From positions 8,558,001-8,622,000 of the forward strand of contig CM075991.1 of the NCBI GenBank assembly GCA_038087875.1: a stretch of DNA of 64,000 bases. Direction: 5' to 3'. Below, piece after piece: positions 63,365-64,000 of the stretch. Origin of the DNA: Malacoraja senta. Lineage: Eukaryota. Under the pieces are notes generated by a model that was not told where the DNA came from, did no database searches, and saw nothing but the letters and a program-made list of their open reading frames with translations. Position 1 is the first letter of the stretch; each line of letters opens with the position of its first letter. Position numbers and translations under genes: made by a program.

Positions 63365-63625
63365 AAAAGCCCAATGCTTTAAACTGACCTGTCAAACAGG
63401 CAGATCATCTTGGGCTAAATAACAGATTAAAAAGCTCCCTCTGAACGGTCCCTTCAATCATTCCCAAGGCAGGTGTGGTGTCAGTGAGATGCGGAGTAAA
63501 GCTCCCTCTGCACTGTTCCATCACACACTATGAGAGTAAATACAGCACAGGTTAAATACACAGTGAAGCTCTCTCCACACAATCCCACCAAGCACTCCCA
63601 GTGCACTACAGCTCAGGTTATATAC
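63365..63625. repeat. Degenerate ~67-bp minisatellite, ~4 units
   Basis: AAGCTC(C/T)CTC anchors recur with G at 63434, 63501 and 63568. Confidence 0.7.
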
Positions 63626-64000
63626 ATGTACATTAACTATTATTTCAATTGATAAAATGTAGTGGGAAATGTAGTGGTGAAGAACATGAGACCCCAAGGT
63701 TGGAGGTTTAGTTTATTAGTTTAGAGATACAGCGCGGAAAAAGGCTCTTCGGCCCACCGAGTCCACACCGACCAGTGATCCCCACACGTTAACACTATCC
63801 TACACAGACTAGGGACAATTGTACATTTACACCAAGCCAATTAACCTACAAACCTGTACGTCTTTGGAGTGTGGGATGAAACTGGAGCGGTAGAATTGCA
63901 GCCTTGCAGCGCCAGAGGCCCAGGTTCGATCCTGGCTACGGGTGCTGCCTGAATGGAGTTTGCAAGTTCTCCCTGTGACCGCGTGGGTTTCCTTCGGGTG

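Overview
Eukaryotic, repeat-dominated vertebrate DNA. The repeat families (HE1-type tRNA-derived V-SINEs, HER1/CR1 LINE 3' ends, Penelope-like elements) point to a cartilaginous fish, probably a skate or ray; this is an inference. I could not identify any intact host protein-coding gene, and the ORFs I could assign translate transposon remnants or tandem repeats. The window looks like intronic or intergenic DNA with AT-rich unique islands (possible enhancers) between nested mobile elements, plus a 200-N gap at 43028-43227. The main finding is a ~130-145 bp non-autonomous retroelement (3 copies) whose 5' end folds into a complete minimal 54-nt HDV-like ribozyme, ends in an (AAG)n tail, and has a 13-bp TSD in one copy. 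A bipartite RTE element carries a related 5' fold with compensatory base changes. Many Penelope pseudo-LTR copies carry minimal hammerhead ribozyme cores, including a 143-bp tandem array and palindromes that fold back at hammerhead stem II. Also present: an LTR plus a 38-nt tRNA-Leu copy resembling a captured plus-strand strong-stop cDNA, and Harbinger-type MITEs that reuse the same target positions. Family names come from my recognition of the sequence, not from a database search, and ribozyme activity is untested.
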